Shown one piece after another: positions 30,801 to 40,006 of a stretch of 64,000 nucleotides of DNA (position 1 is the stretch's first letter; each line of letters opens with the position of its first letter). Both the position numbers and the translations under genes were made by a program. This stretch comes from a virus, in the IMG/VR virus record IMGVR_UViG_3300029787_000007, positions 48,700 to 112,699 of that record; one strand, 5' to 3'. The notes under the pieces were generated by a model, which saw only the letters and a program-made list of their open reading frames with translations, ran no database searches and was not told where the DNA came from.

Positions 30801-31012
30801 ATGTTGCTTATATGGTTCTAATGGTTGTTTATCAAGAAATTAATCCTGAATATGGAGAAGATATTATAAACAGTGCAAACCAAGATATTGTTCCAGTAAA
30901 CAAAGCATTAATTGAAAGTATGGCGGAGTTTATGGCTTCGCGCGCGCTGCCCAGCGTTACCGAGTACTCAGAATATTTAGAGTCTCTTGAAGATGACGAA
31001 GAAGAAGAATAA
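27869..31012 (+). CDS. Large virion-associated protein (1047 aa) with C-terminal hydrophobic hairpin
   Basis: Long ORF; ~55-aa Gly/Ala hydrophobic segment containing GPVGW. Confidence 0.65.
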   Translation: MLGVLDTNSNRAAGLKLPVPYIERALVNNGQIDIRLVLYIVLEEEQTAEYVTDTLSDVKFYVAQVFDNSVSISGSVNTKYTDTEYSGSGTSRFSSMTNYRNGIMDYLVDLTNSHKIYDTFAVNDTEYYIQRGHKILYSVDFTDFTFASEEFTEDSNKVIKFVSDITATTEVFETDSSDIDLSEEFYSIAKNLNLNMNLICFSSILDLSGMNTSLGNEFVEEARDNKRSLMLYNSFFSEPSYEEVFSNGILIKTPTTVYTLPNGRIFNGDVMQTIDGSFHGLRTDNFGREHILKRFLQLPIDQVSRNTIAPGTEGFTQALNGFTFILSAYGVTTELLPRLDVFRKSYIDKSTLTPAGRWYQEFNKALMATNFLLSKQTPVRPELVVTPVIVDNRSFEEDSYVAPTDLGYSMESDYIYASSDSIMMSRVGYFDRSLYGASVQPDEFENNYTLVENGFFFFDYEKAIKTQSVISKIFNIDKIENYFGKDVLNKYFKLDRVQMKRRNAADTSIVYTKTTTYDNSLDISYPKFVNTYYVNNNGTTNMAETEFEWGSMTDIYPELMLRNLDLVNNDEFENYRLMTFQFQDIMDSAGVYPDSQRDIDTIDFLVDCTDYTKQLYDLISGSFDEYLTGSFQEYVDAAEQFCSYNNIDQFFNSFFASAFEEAYSDDPESAPWIVAPVIYNLHKDLINNEFNGDSQSITDASIVISNQISPRTGNLYSLQSFRDNFESLREFYNSLDLSGYSNTRNLEFGPVRLLVSLLGDPDFTNLTTDLTAAGSDEADAEWLTAINTAWNHIKREIRAEFGDEYGNDESDPESGLSIYDVLYDIAAETQLAMVTIQEAEDAGEFDGLTPSQLADRITGLLAAAGVASAFYAVWGGIAVAYGVTAGFAAAFGPVGWIVTVFVGMAAIIAASFAALEENKRKSFRRRIEQILYDRLTELAASAQQINDSITVAMRSKTYPTDFKDIIEESFDQQPVLVYVAYMVLMVVYQEINPEYGEDIINSANQDIVPVNKALIESMAEFMASRALPSVTEYSEYLESLEDDEEEE

Positions 31013-31062
31013 CAATTAAATTAAAATGTTGTATAATTATAATATAACAAAGGAGTAATATA

Positions 31063-31680
31063 ATGCCATCAAGAAGTTTTCAAAAAGACGTTTTTAAAAG
31101 TTCTGAACGCCTCAAAAGATTAAAATCGCAAAATAATAAAAGATATGTTAACGGTCAATTAGTCACTCCTGGAACAAAAAATTCTAAAGTTCAAGGTGCT
31201 GCCGAAATTTTAAGAAAAAAAAGAGTCCTTGCTTCTAAACCTAGCTCGGAGTACATGAACACACATGAAATGGCTACGTCAGTTCTACAAGCAATTGGAA
31301 TCAGCTCTTTAGATAATACAGACAAAAACTATTCTTTTCCAAAAGGGCAAGACAATACTCTTGGCATTGGAGAAAAGCAATGGGGAGAAGTTAGCACAAT
31401 TGCTTCCTCTAATACCATGCGCTTAACAGCCGGCGGTTCTGGAAAAAATCTTAGATTTGGCCAATTAAAAAACAAAAAAGTTTCAGCTATAAAAAGTTTT
31501 AAAAAATTAGAAAATCCATTTTATAATATTGATGATGCCGGGACATCAAGAAATAAATACATACAACAAGAAACAATCAGAAACAACAAAAAATTAATCA
31601 ATTTTACAAATATAACTGTAGCGTTGTATGATGAAAACATAGCTAACAGAAGAAGCTTAACTCTAGGACAGTTTAAATAA
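31063..31680 (+). CDS. Hypothetical basic protein (205 aa)
   Basis: AGGAG SD; Lys/Arg-rich. Confidence 0.7.
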   Translation: MPSRSFQKDVFKSSERLKRLKSQNNKRYVNGQLVTPGTKNSKVQGAAEILRKKRVLASKPSSEYMNTHEMATSVLQAIGISSLDNTDKNYSFPKGQDNTLGIGEKQWGEVSTIASSNTMRLTAGGSGKNLRFGQLKNKKVSAIKSFKKLENPFYNIDDAGTSRNKYIQQETIRNNKKLINFTNITVALYDENIANRRSLTLGQFK

Positions 31681-32339
31681 TGACTACCCCCACTATAACA
31701 ATGATGACGGGCTCCGCAGCTTTTGTGGGTGTGGAAGAAGCTAGTTTTCTTTTTGATGATTCGGATGGCTTTTATTCAGTTTTAAGTAATTTTGAATCAG
31801 TAGATGAAAATGGATTTTATAACGATCCAAAAGGAATATTTACATATCTAATTATGGATTCTCAGCTTCTTGACTTATCTTCTCAACAAATGGGTATTCT
31901 TTTAGAAATATATCCTTATAGGTGGGGCGGTTTCGATGAGTCGAACACTGATGTAAAACTGCTTGCGTGTGTTTATAATGGATTAACAGACCCGGAAATT
32001 ACAATGGAACCACATTGGTTTGTAGGTTCAAATTATTCTGTTTCTATAAGCACTTCAGAAATAGGAGGTTTGCAGGAGAAATTTGGTTTTACCACTATCT
32101 CTCCCGAAGACCAATTAGAAAGCACAATTAGAACAATGACATCTGAAGTTTATAATTCTTACATTGCTAAAAGAGCATCATTAAAAAAGGGCCCCCGCCC
32201 AAAGTTAGTACCAAACAATTTTGCCTTCCTTAAGCCGTTTTCGGTTACGCAATCAAATATTACCGGAAGCAGCGATACAGGCGCTACCACAACTGCTGCA
32301 GCAACCACCACAACAACTGTAGGCTCTGGAGGTTATTAG
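31680..32339 (+). CDS. Hypothetical protein with Thr-rich tail ending GSGGY
   Basis: Translationally coupled ORF. Confidence 0.7.
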   Translation: MTTPTITMMTGSAAFVGVEEASFLFDDSDGFYSVLSNFESVDENGFYNDPKGIFTYLIMDSQLLDLSSQQMGILLEIYPYRWGGFDESNTDVKLLACVYNGLTDPEITMEPHWFVGSNYSVSISTSEIGGLQEKFGFTTISPEDQLESTIRTMTSEVYNSYIAKRASLKKGPRPKLVPNNFAFLKPFSVTQSNITGSSDTGATTTAAATTTTTVGSGGY

Positions 32340-32340
32340 A

Positions 32341-34995
32341 ATGAGTGGAGCTAAAATACACTTTATTAACAGCGGCCTGCTTTCAGGTTCAGATTCTATA
32401 AGAGATGAATTGCGCAGTCATTGGCTTATTGATGAATCTTTGGAAGACACTGTTGGCTCATCTTTTTCTAAAATGAATAACAATATTGAATCTGGCCCCG
32501 CCCCCAGTTATGGCTATGGTAGAATAGTAAATCAACAAACAATTTACAGTGTTTTAGTAGATAATACACAAATTACTACAGCTAGCGCAAATTCTATTGT
32601 CCCAACATTTCAAATGCCAATACGATTAGTGGGTAATTCAGAAAACATTACCGATGATAATAATTGGCTACAAGAAGTAAATAAAGTTTTTTCTTATGCA
32701 AAATTTACTGATACAAATTTTGAAATGGAAATACCGTATTCTCCACTTTATATAAAGCAAACTGATTATGCAAATCGTGAAAATTATTTAGTTGCAAATT
32801 TTACGTATGATTATAACTTTTATGTAAAAGAATACCAAGATTACACTTCTAATTTTAGTGATATTAAATTAATTCCAAATTATTATTCTTTATTGAGTGG
32901 ATATTTAGGCTATCAAAATGAGAATGAAGATATGTTAAATTACATATCTTTGGAAAAAACATATCCGATAAAACGTATTTTCAATGATGCTAATACTAGC
33001 TATCCTCCGACACATGATATTGATAGAAGCAACATTAATCCTCTTACAAAAGAATATATTGATGAGTTAGAGATTGTTAAATCTTATCTTTCTGGTTCAT
33101 TTGTCAACACTGAGGTTAGTTCCTCTTCAACTTCGTTTGCTTCCGCGACTAATGGGGTTATGTTTTTTAATAAACATAGTCAAGAAAAGTTGTTCGATAG
33201 CTCTTTTAAATATAAACACAAAATGCCGTTTTATACAAAACTGGGCTTACCATATGATATTACAGCGTCTAGAACATTTGGTGATATGATAATTGAATCT
33301 GGTTTTGAAAATTTAATGTTAACCCACATCAAAGAAAAATTTATTGATCAACATAGTTCTAATAACGATGAAACTTCATACACAGCGCTGACAACTTTAA
33401 TTAGTTCTTCTGCAGACACAGTTAGTGAAAAAACAAACTTATCCACCACACGGTTACCAACTATTGATTTATTCTCAGTGATTTTAGAAAAAATAATAGA
33501 TTCAAATAATAATAGTTTACAAGGTTTTTATATTGCTGGAGATCAAGAGGAATCAAGACAAAAAATAATAAATTTTAATGGTCGTAGCCGCTACGATCAT
33601 ACAGTTCCTTCATTAAAATTGTTAAATAATGTTAATGATTATTTAAATAGTAATTTTCCGCTCAGTCCAGATTTAACAGATCCGTCAATGGAAGAAATTT
33701 TAGATTTAGCTGGAACCAACAGGCATAGTGAAATAATAGCTTATAGAATTGAAAAGCTTGCATATCGGGCCGCCCCAAATGTTTTAACTGACGCCGCCGT
33801 GTCTGAAGCACCGTTACAAAATTTTTTGATTTTTAATTCTGAAAATTTAATTGATTCAAGCGATACAGGACAAGATTTTGTTTTCTACGATACACAAGTG
33901 CAATATGGAAGAGAATATCATTATAATGTTTATGCTTATGTCTTAGTTTTTGGTTATAATTATTCATATGATAATTTAGTTGTTTCTAGACAAATAGCAC
34001 ATGCAACAGGCTCAGATGGTAGTCTAGTTTATTGTTTGGAGTTTTACAACCCAGGTTCTGGAGAAACAGCTAGCCGACTTTCCGCAATATCAGGAATTAC
34101 TGGAGTCTCAAGATTTGAAAATAATTTATTTACAGATGCACAGGATTCAAGCATTGAGCCATATCTAGCAGATTTTAATTTCAAAGCAGAGCCTGCAATT
34201 AAAATAGTAGAGGTGCCTATGTATGCAAAATCCATTACAGTAATGGATCACCCTTTGCAAGGGGTTGATACATATAATTTTCAAAGAATGGATGATTCAC
34301 AAATAATTGGTTTTTTAGCAAATCTTGAGGCTAGGTCGCCGGCACAATATCCAAAAACGCTAACACCGGAAGAAACTTATTTTAAATCAATTTATTTAAA
34401 CTCTAATGATTTATTAGAAACAGAAGAAATTGAAAAAACTTGTAAGTCAAAACCAAATGTTGTACAGGTATTCAGAAAAAACAGCAAGCCCAATGCAATT
34501 GATAATTTTGATATGTCACATTTTATTTCTGAAAAAAGTTTAAGCACAGATAATTCTAACTATAAATTATCAAATTGCATTTATGAAGAAAAAGTTTTAA
34601 CAAATAGAAAATATTATTATATTTTACGTTTTGTAAGCGAAAACATAACATACGGCCAGCTATCAAATGTTATAGAAGCTGAGCTTGTTGATGATGGTGG
34701 ATATCTTTATTCGTTATTTGAAGAATATTCTGATTCTGATTTTGAAGAACAAATTCCATCGGCAATTGCTGAAGAATTTAAAAAAATATTTCACTTAAGG
34801 CCGAATGTAGGACAATTGGCCTTTGATGACTCCAGTGTTGATTATACAAACAACGCATATGAAGAAATTCAAAATTTAACAGTTGGGGCTGTGGAAGAAA
34901 GTATTTTTAATAAAACATTTAAAATTAGATTGACATCTAAAAAAACAGGTAAAAAAATAGATTTAAACGTTACATATAAATTAAACAACATGTAA
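32341..34995 (+). CDS. Probable virion structural protein (884 aa)
   Basis: Long beta-rich ORF in tail block; FYDTQVQYGREYHYNVYAY resembles an Fn3/Ig-type strand pattern. Confidence 0.6.
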   Translation: MSGAKIHFINSGLLSGSDSIRDELRSHWLIDESLEDTVGSSFSKMNNNIESGPAPSYGYGRIVNQQTIYSVLVDNTQITTASANSIVPTFQMPIRLVGNSENITDDNNWLQEVNKVFSYAKFTDTNFEMEIPYSPLYIKQTDYANRENYLVANFTYDYNFYVKEYQDYTSNFSDIKLIPNYYSLLSGYLGYQNENEDMLNYISLEKTYPIKRIFNDANTSYPPTHDIDRSNINPLTKEYIDELEIVKSYLSGSFVNTEVSSSSTSFASATNGVMFFNKHSQEKLFDSSFKYKHKMPFYTKLGLPYDITASRTFGDMIIESGFENLMLTHIKEKFIDQHSSNNDETSYTALTTLISSSADTVSEKTNLSTTRLPTIDLFSVILEKIIDSNNNSLQGFYIAGDQEESRQKIINFNGRSRYDHTVPSLKLLNNVNDYLNSNFPLSPDLTDPSMEEILDLAGTNRHSEIIAYRIEKLAYRAAPNVLTDAAVSEAPLQNFLIFNSENLIDSSDTGQDFVFYDTQVQYGREYHYNVYAYVLVFGYNYSYDNLVVSRQIAHATGSDGSLVYCLEFYNPGSGETASRLSAISGITGVSRFENNLFTDAQDSSIEPYLADFNFKAEPAIKIVEVPMYAKSITVMDHPLQGVDTYNFQRMDDSQIIGFLANLEARSPAQYPKTLTPEETYFKSIYLNSNDLLETEEIEKTCKSKPNVVQVFRKNSKPNAIDNFDMSHFISEKSLSTDNSNYKLSNCIYEEKVLTNRKYYYILRFVSENITYGQLSNVIEAELVDDGGYLYSLFEEYSDSDFEEQIPSAIAEEFKKIFHLRPNVGQLAFDDSSVDYTNNAYEEIQNLTVGAVEESIFNKTFKIRLTSKKTGKKIDLNVTYKLNNM

Positions 34996-35009
34996 TTATA
35001 AAGGATATT

Positions 35010-35999
35010 ATGGCATTCTTAGACAATTCAGGAACAATAATTTTAGATGCAATTCTGACCGATACGGGCAGAAAACGGATGGCTCAAGGTAATTTTAGAA
35101 TATCGAAATTTACTTTAGGTGATGATGAAATAGATTATTCTTTAGCTGATATAGACGAAAAAGATTTTTCCAATTTGGAAGATTTATCAACAATAGAGGC
35201 CTTAAATTCAAACAACGCGGTTATAAATCACGGATTACAGAATTATACAAGCGATGATATCTTTTATATTCCGGAAATTAAAATCAATGAAGTTTTAAGC
35301 CACGCGGTAGTTAAATATCCGACAGAGCCAGAATTTTATTATTTTGCGGCTAATAATGAAACTGCAAAAAAATTAAGATCACAAATAGGGCAAAAGTATT
35401 TTTTTGAAAATTACAATTTTGATAGAAAAAAAATAATATTTGAATCAGGTATAGAAAATAAAAGATTACCGAGAGATCAAAAGGCAAGGGAAAGATATAT
35501 TTTAAACTACAATTTACTGGATAAATATTTTATAATTAACTGTGATAATAGATTTATAGACAGGCTGCTAATAGTCAAAGAGCAATCATCATATTTTGAG
35601 AACGACGGAGCAAATAATATATTTGCAAACTTTGAAACTTTACAAGAAGCACCACCAGTTTCATTAGGTAAAATTTTTAAATATTATAATTCATATTTTG
35701 CTATAGGTATAGATAATCATGTTTATGACTATGGGACAGCGGATGACAATGCACATTCAGCAATTAACGGCCCCCGCGGCACAGTGTGTGCGATTAATTT
35801 AAAATTAATAGAAGAATTAACAATTGAATCAACCGCAACAAGAGATTTTAGATATCAAAAATTTGGAAAAATAAACCAAACTTTGTTTGGAGGCTCGAAC
35901 AAATTTGACTACATCGACACAATTGTACATATACAAGGAATATCTAGCGCACGTAAGCTTCAAGTGCCAGTTAGAATTTTAAGATATGCAGGTACATAA
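35010..35999 (+). CDS. Baseplate/tail structural protein, paralogue 1
   Basis: MAFLDNSGTIILDAILTDTGR N-terminus, nearly identical to next gene. Confidence 0.65.
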   Translation: MAFLDNSGTIILDAILTDTGRKRMAQGNFRISKFTLGDDEIDYSLADIDEKDFSNLEDLSTIEALNSNNAVINHGLQNYTSDDIFYIPEIKINEVLSHAVVKYPTEPEFYYFAANNETAKKLRSQIGQKYFFENYNFDRKKIIFESGIENKRLPRDQKARERYILNYNLLDKYFIINCDNRFIDRLLIVKEQSSYFENDGANNIFANFETLQEAPPVSLGKIFKYYNSYFAIGIDNHVYDYGTADDNAHSAINGPRGTVCAINLKLIEELTIESTATRDFRYQKFGKINQTLFGGSNKFDYIDTIVHIQGISSARKLQVPVRILRYAGT

Positions 36000-36021
36000 A
36001 ACTAACTTTATTCAAATAATA

Positions 36022-36030
36022 ACTATTTAT
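36022..36030 (+). promoter_or_regulatory. Candidate late promoter ACTATTTAT
   Basis: Intergenic, before SD of 36050. Confidence 0.5.
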
Positions 36031-36049
36031 GAAAAGAGAGGATAAATAA

Positions 36050-37078
36050 ATGGCATTTTTAGACAACTCAGGCGACATTATACTTGACGCTGTTTTAACC
36101 GATACAGGTCGTGAAAGACTGGCTGATGGTAGATTTAGAATCACTAGATTTGGTCTGGGCGATGATGAGATTAATTACGGTCTTTATGACATAAATCATA
36201 CATCTGGATCGGCATACTATGATTTGGAAATTATGCAAATTCCAATTTACGAAGCCACAACTTCTATTAATGCAAATATTAATTATGGACTGTTGACTCT
36301 TAAAAATAATAACTTACTATATTTGCCGGCGTTAGAGATTAATGAAAAAGCTGAGGTTCTACAGGGAGCCAGCCGATATAAAAATGTTTTCTATGTTTGT
36401 GCCAATGCAGAAACTCGCACTCAACTACTTGCAGATAGCGGCGGTACAACGGGGCCCCTGTCTAATAATTTAATTGCAGCAGGGGATTCTGGTGTACCTC
36501 AAGCTATTTTTGAATCTGGACTTGCCTCCCCAGACATCGCCGCTACGCAATCAGAAAGAGCATCATATATTATGTCTAACGATTTGTACGACGGCACTTT
36601 TGAGGTAGCTGCAGACAGCAAGTTTATTGTTGCTGTTGGTCAGCCTGGGGCCGGCTCAACATTTGCAAATGATAGCACGAATGCTAATGATATTACTATT
36701 GGCATAAACTATGTCACCGCTAATGGCGCATCAAGAGATTTAGAAGGATTTAATTCTTACACTATAAGAGGCATACCAAATAGAATATTTGAAAATAGCG
36801 GAGGAGATGATAATATATATTCAGCCTTGCAAGGCCCCCGCGGCTCAGCATGCTCCACCAATATTGATATTCGTGGTGAATTAAAAACAACAGTTGCGGG
36901 AACACGCTCTCAGCTATATATTGATTATGGTACAGTTGGGGCCTCAGCGCTATCCGTTGGTGGCACCATCGCTTCCTCTACATACGACTATATCGATACT
37001 GTTCTTTATATTCAGGGTAATGCAAGCGGCGCTACATTGCAGATTCCTGTAAGAATTATTAGACTAGCAAGCACATAA
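36050..37078 (+). CDS. Baseplate/tail structural protein, paralogue 2
   Basis: MAFLDNSGDIILDAVLTDTGR; shares GPRG, DYIDT and PVRI with 35010. Confidence 0.65.
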   Translation: MAFLDNSGDIILDAVLTDTGRERLADGRFRITRFGLGDDEINYGLYDINHTSGSAYYDLEIMQIPIYEATTSINANINYGLLTLKNNNLLYLPALEINEKAEVLQGASRYKNVFYVCANAETRTQLLADSGGTTGPLSNNLIAAGDSGVPQAIFESGLASPDIAATQSERASYIMSNDLYDGTFEVAADSKFIVAVGQPGAGSTFANDSTNANDITIGINYVTANGASRDLEGFNSYTIRGIPNRIFENSGGDDNIYSALQGPRGSACSTNIDIRGELKTTVAGTRSQLYIDYGTVGASALSVGGTIASSTYDYIDTVLYIQGNASGATLQIPVRIIRLAST

Positions 37079-37097
37079 ACATATCTGGAGATTTTAA

Positions 37098-38183
37098 ATG
37101 GCTGTAAAAAACTTTGAAGTAATTAAGAGCGACGATGTTACAACAACTAGAACATTGTTGCACGAGGCAATTCCACTAACAGGAACAATACTTAGTGGAA
37201 CATATGAAGACGAAAATATTAAAAACTTTACCCACGGAATGTTCCAGTCGGTATATGATTATCCATATTTAAGTTCTTCTTCGAACCACATATTTGATAT
37301 AACTGCTTGTTATGCAGCTAGTAGCTCGTATTCGGCTTCAGGCAATACCCAAAACGCTAAAAAAATAAATCAGTATACTTTATTTGCTCAAACGTTGCTG
37401 GGGTATACTGGCTCGTTAGTAGAGCCCTCTAAGCAAGTTAGACTTTTTGAAAATGATTTAACGCTTGATCTTTCCATGCCGGGTCAAATGAAAGAAGTGT
37501 TTATTTTAAGCTTTTCTCGTTTATTGGTAAAAGATCAAATTAAAAAAGGCTCCTTTAGTATGGTTATTGGTACCGGCTCTTGGGGAACAGCAGACTCTAG
37601 TCCCTTCCTTACTGAAAAATCTTATACTCTTTCGGATGCATCCTCATCCGCAGATGGCACCGGGGTAGCAAGTGTTCTTGGTGGGGACATGGGCTTATTA
37701 TATTCTAATAATACTAATGCGGTTAGCGGCGCAATTTTCTATCAAGCGGGAATTGTTGTTTTAAGTGCCTCTTGTTTTCATGATGAAAATGGAACTCCAA
37801 TTGTCCAGTTTAACCGTGATGGTGATACTATAGGTTATCAGACTCCACTAATGGCATTAACAGGCGCATCTATTTCAGGATCGTGTGATGCAGTTAGACG
37901 ACGAATTAGCAATATTTCATTCAACAATACCACAGAAATTAACTCAAAGATTTATTTCTGCCGTGTTCCGCACAATAAATACAATTACAGTTCTAATCCG
38001 ACTTACTTAAGTGGAAGCAAAATTAGAGTAAAAAATACACCTTCTGATCAGCCGGTTTCGTATATCACAACCGTAGGATTGTATAATGATGCGCAAGAGT
38101 TATTAGCTGTTGCTAAGTTGTCAGAGCCGATTAGGAAAGACCCAACAAACGATATTACAATTCGAGTTCGTCTGGATTATTAA
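37098..38183 (+). CDS. Tail/baseplate protein with tail-collar-fibre-like C-terminal motif, paralogue 1
   Basis: NYSSNPT..YITTVGLYNDAQELLAVAKLSEP..VRLDY. Confidence 0.6.
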   Translation: MAVKNFEVIKSDDVTTTRTLLHEAIPLTGTILSGTYEDENIKNFTHGMFQSVYDYPYLSSSSNHIFDITACYAASSSYSASGNTQNAKKINQYTLFAQTLLGYTGSLVEPSKQVRLFENDLTLDLSMPGQMKEVFILSFSRLLVKDQIKKGSFSMVIGTGSWGTADSSPFLTEKSYTLSDASSSADGTGVASVLGGDMGLLYSNNTNAVSGAIFYQAGIVVLSASCFHDENGTPIVQFNRDGDTIGYQTPLMALTGASISGSCDAVRRRISNISFNNTTEINSKIYFCRVPHNKYNYSSNPTYLSGSKIRVKNTPSDQPVSYITTVGLYNDAQELLAVAKLSEPIRKDPTNDITIRVRLDY

Positions 38184-38185
38184 AA

Positions 38186-39412
38186 ATGTCTTTCAGAAAG
38201 TTTGGAGAAAAAGATGTTTTCACCAACACGATGAGAGCATACCCTAGTAATGAATTTGTTATATTCGATTCAAAAGTGTTCTGGAACAGTATTCCAGAAC
38301 AATCCGGTGCAAGGAATGGCGAAGTTAGGAACGTGCCTCCAGGCTTTATAAGCCTTTATGAATATAATATTGACAGGCCTTTAGTAAATACTGGTAGAAC
38401 AATTGGCACCGGAAGCATTAGCGATCAGGGAAGAATTTTTCCTTGGATATCTAAGCACACAGCCGGCTCTAGTTTTAAAACAGTGGGCCTAGTTTCTTAT
38501 CAAAATGAATTTAAATGGGGAAATATTCTTAGTAGTTCATATCCATTATCTGCTTCTATCACAAGAGAATATATAACAGTTCCATATGCTTCTACTGCAT
38601 CAATGAATAGACATTATGTATCTTTAAAAAATCGTTTAAATTTTTATGGAGCTAAAAGTCTACATTATAAGGTTACATCTTCGTATGGTAACAAAGATAC
38701 ACAAACTCTTAACTTAATTTCTATTCCCAGCATATTTTTTGGCTCACAAATAAAACCAGGAAGCTTGTCTTTAAGGTGGTATTTTAGCGGCTCACTTATT
38801 GGTGAATTACAAGATATTAGACAAAATGGTGAACTTATACAAACCGGCCCTGTTGGAAGCACAGGTAGTGGCTCTGTTGGAGGAGTAGCGCTGTACGATG
38901 AGGGATTTATTTTACTAACTGGCTCGTGGAATCTTAACACTGAAAGTATCCACTTGGTTACCGGTGCCTCGACAGATAATCCAAAGTGGATTTATTTTGC
39001 TGCCGGCGCCAACGACGATGTTTCAACTAGCACCGCTGGAACAACTTATTCTTCTGCTTCTTTTGCTTTATCTTTTAAAGGTACCACCGAAACACAAACT
39101 ATGACAATGTTTGCACATGCAAAAAAAGGTGAAGTAAATTATTCCAATAACCCCACATTTATAAAACATGGCCAGACCCGTACATATATAACATCCTCGC
39201 ATGTTTTTGAAGAGCCAGATAACCTGGAAATTAAAAACTTTGTAAGCTCCGCTTTTGATGATTACGAAGTAAATTTCAAAAGACAAGTTTATATTTCTAG
39301 AGTCGGTGTTTACGATAAAAATAAAAATTTAATCGGTATTGCTACACTATCAAGCCCTGTACTTAAAGAAAGCACAGAAGATTATACATTTAAATTAAAA
39401 CTCGACATATAG
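38186..39412 (+). CDS. Tail/baseplate protein, paralogue 2
   Basis: NYSNNPT..YISRVGVYDKNKNLIGIATLSSP..LKLDI, paralogous to 37098. Confidence 0.6.
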   Translation: MSFRKFGEKDVFTNTMRAYPSNEFVIFDSKVFWNSIPEQSGARNGEVRNVPPGFISLYEYNIDRPLVNTGRTIGTGSISDQGRIFPWISKHTAGSSFKTVGLVSYQNEFKWGNILSSSYPLSASITREYITVPYASTASMNRHYVSLKNRLNFYGAKSLHYKVTSSYGNKDTQTLNLISIPSIFFGSQIKPGSLSLRWYFSGSLIGELQDIRQNGELIQTGPVGSTGSGSVGGVALYDEGFILLTGSWNLNTESIHLVTGASTDNPKWIYFAAGANDDVSTSTAGTTYSSASFALSFKGTTETQTMTMFAHAKKGEVNYSNNPTFIKHGQTRTYITSSHVFEEPDNLEIKNFVSSAFDDYEVNFKRQVYISRVGVYDKNKNLIGIATLSSPVLKESTEDYTFKLKLDI

Positions 39413-39424
39413 TATAATAATATA

Positions 39425-40006
39425 ATGATACTCGGCATAGATGTCTCGACAAGCATAACCGGTTTTGCTATTGTTGCAGAAGGCGAAATTGTTTTTTATG
39501 ATTCAGTCGATTTACGAAAATATAAAAACTTGTTTGAGAAAGCGGAAAGAATAAAAGAAGCCATCTTTGCTATCTTTGACAATTATCAGTTTTGTCGAGA
39601 AGATGATCACTGGATGGAATCAGAATCAGATCATCCAATTTCACACATTTATATTGAACAATCTCTTCATATGTTTATGGGCGGAAAATCATCAGCTAAA
39701 ACTCTTTCTACGCTTACACGGTTTAACGGAATTGTTTCGTGGCTTGTCTATGATATGTTTCAAATGGAGCCCAAGTTTATCGGTGCCACCTCTGCGCGTA
39801 AGCATGCCGGCATTAAAGTTCCGAGAGGACAAAAAGCAAAACAAGTTGTTTTGCAATATTTACTTGACAACGAGCCTGCTTTCAAGATAGAATACACAAA
39901 GCACGGAAATCCGAAACCTGAATCGTATGATCGTGCGGACGCAATTGTTATAGCAAAAGCAGGGTGGGCGATTGAACAAAGTAGCAGCGAAAAAAATATT
40001 AAATGA
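39425..40006 (+). CDS. ruvC: RuvC-like Holliday junction resolvase
   Basis: ILGIDxSTSITG, IYIEQ and DRADAIVIA acidic catalytic residues. Confidence 0.85.
   Translation: MILGIDVSTSITGFAIVAEGEIVFYDSVDLRKYKNLFEKAERIKEAIFAIFDNYQFCREDDHWMESESDHPISHIYIEQSLHMFMGGKSSAKTLSTLTRFNGIVSWLVYDMFQMEPKFIGATSARKHAGIKVPRGQKAKQVVLQYLLDNEPAFKIEYTKHGNPKPESYDRADAIVIAKAGWAIEQSSSEKNIK
39864..39893 (+). promoter_or_regulatory. Sigma70-type promoter inside ruvC, upstream of primase
   Basis: TTGACA (39864) - 18 bp - TAGAAT (39888). Confidence 0.6.
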
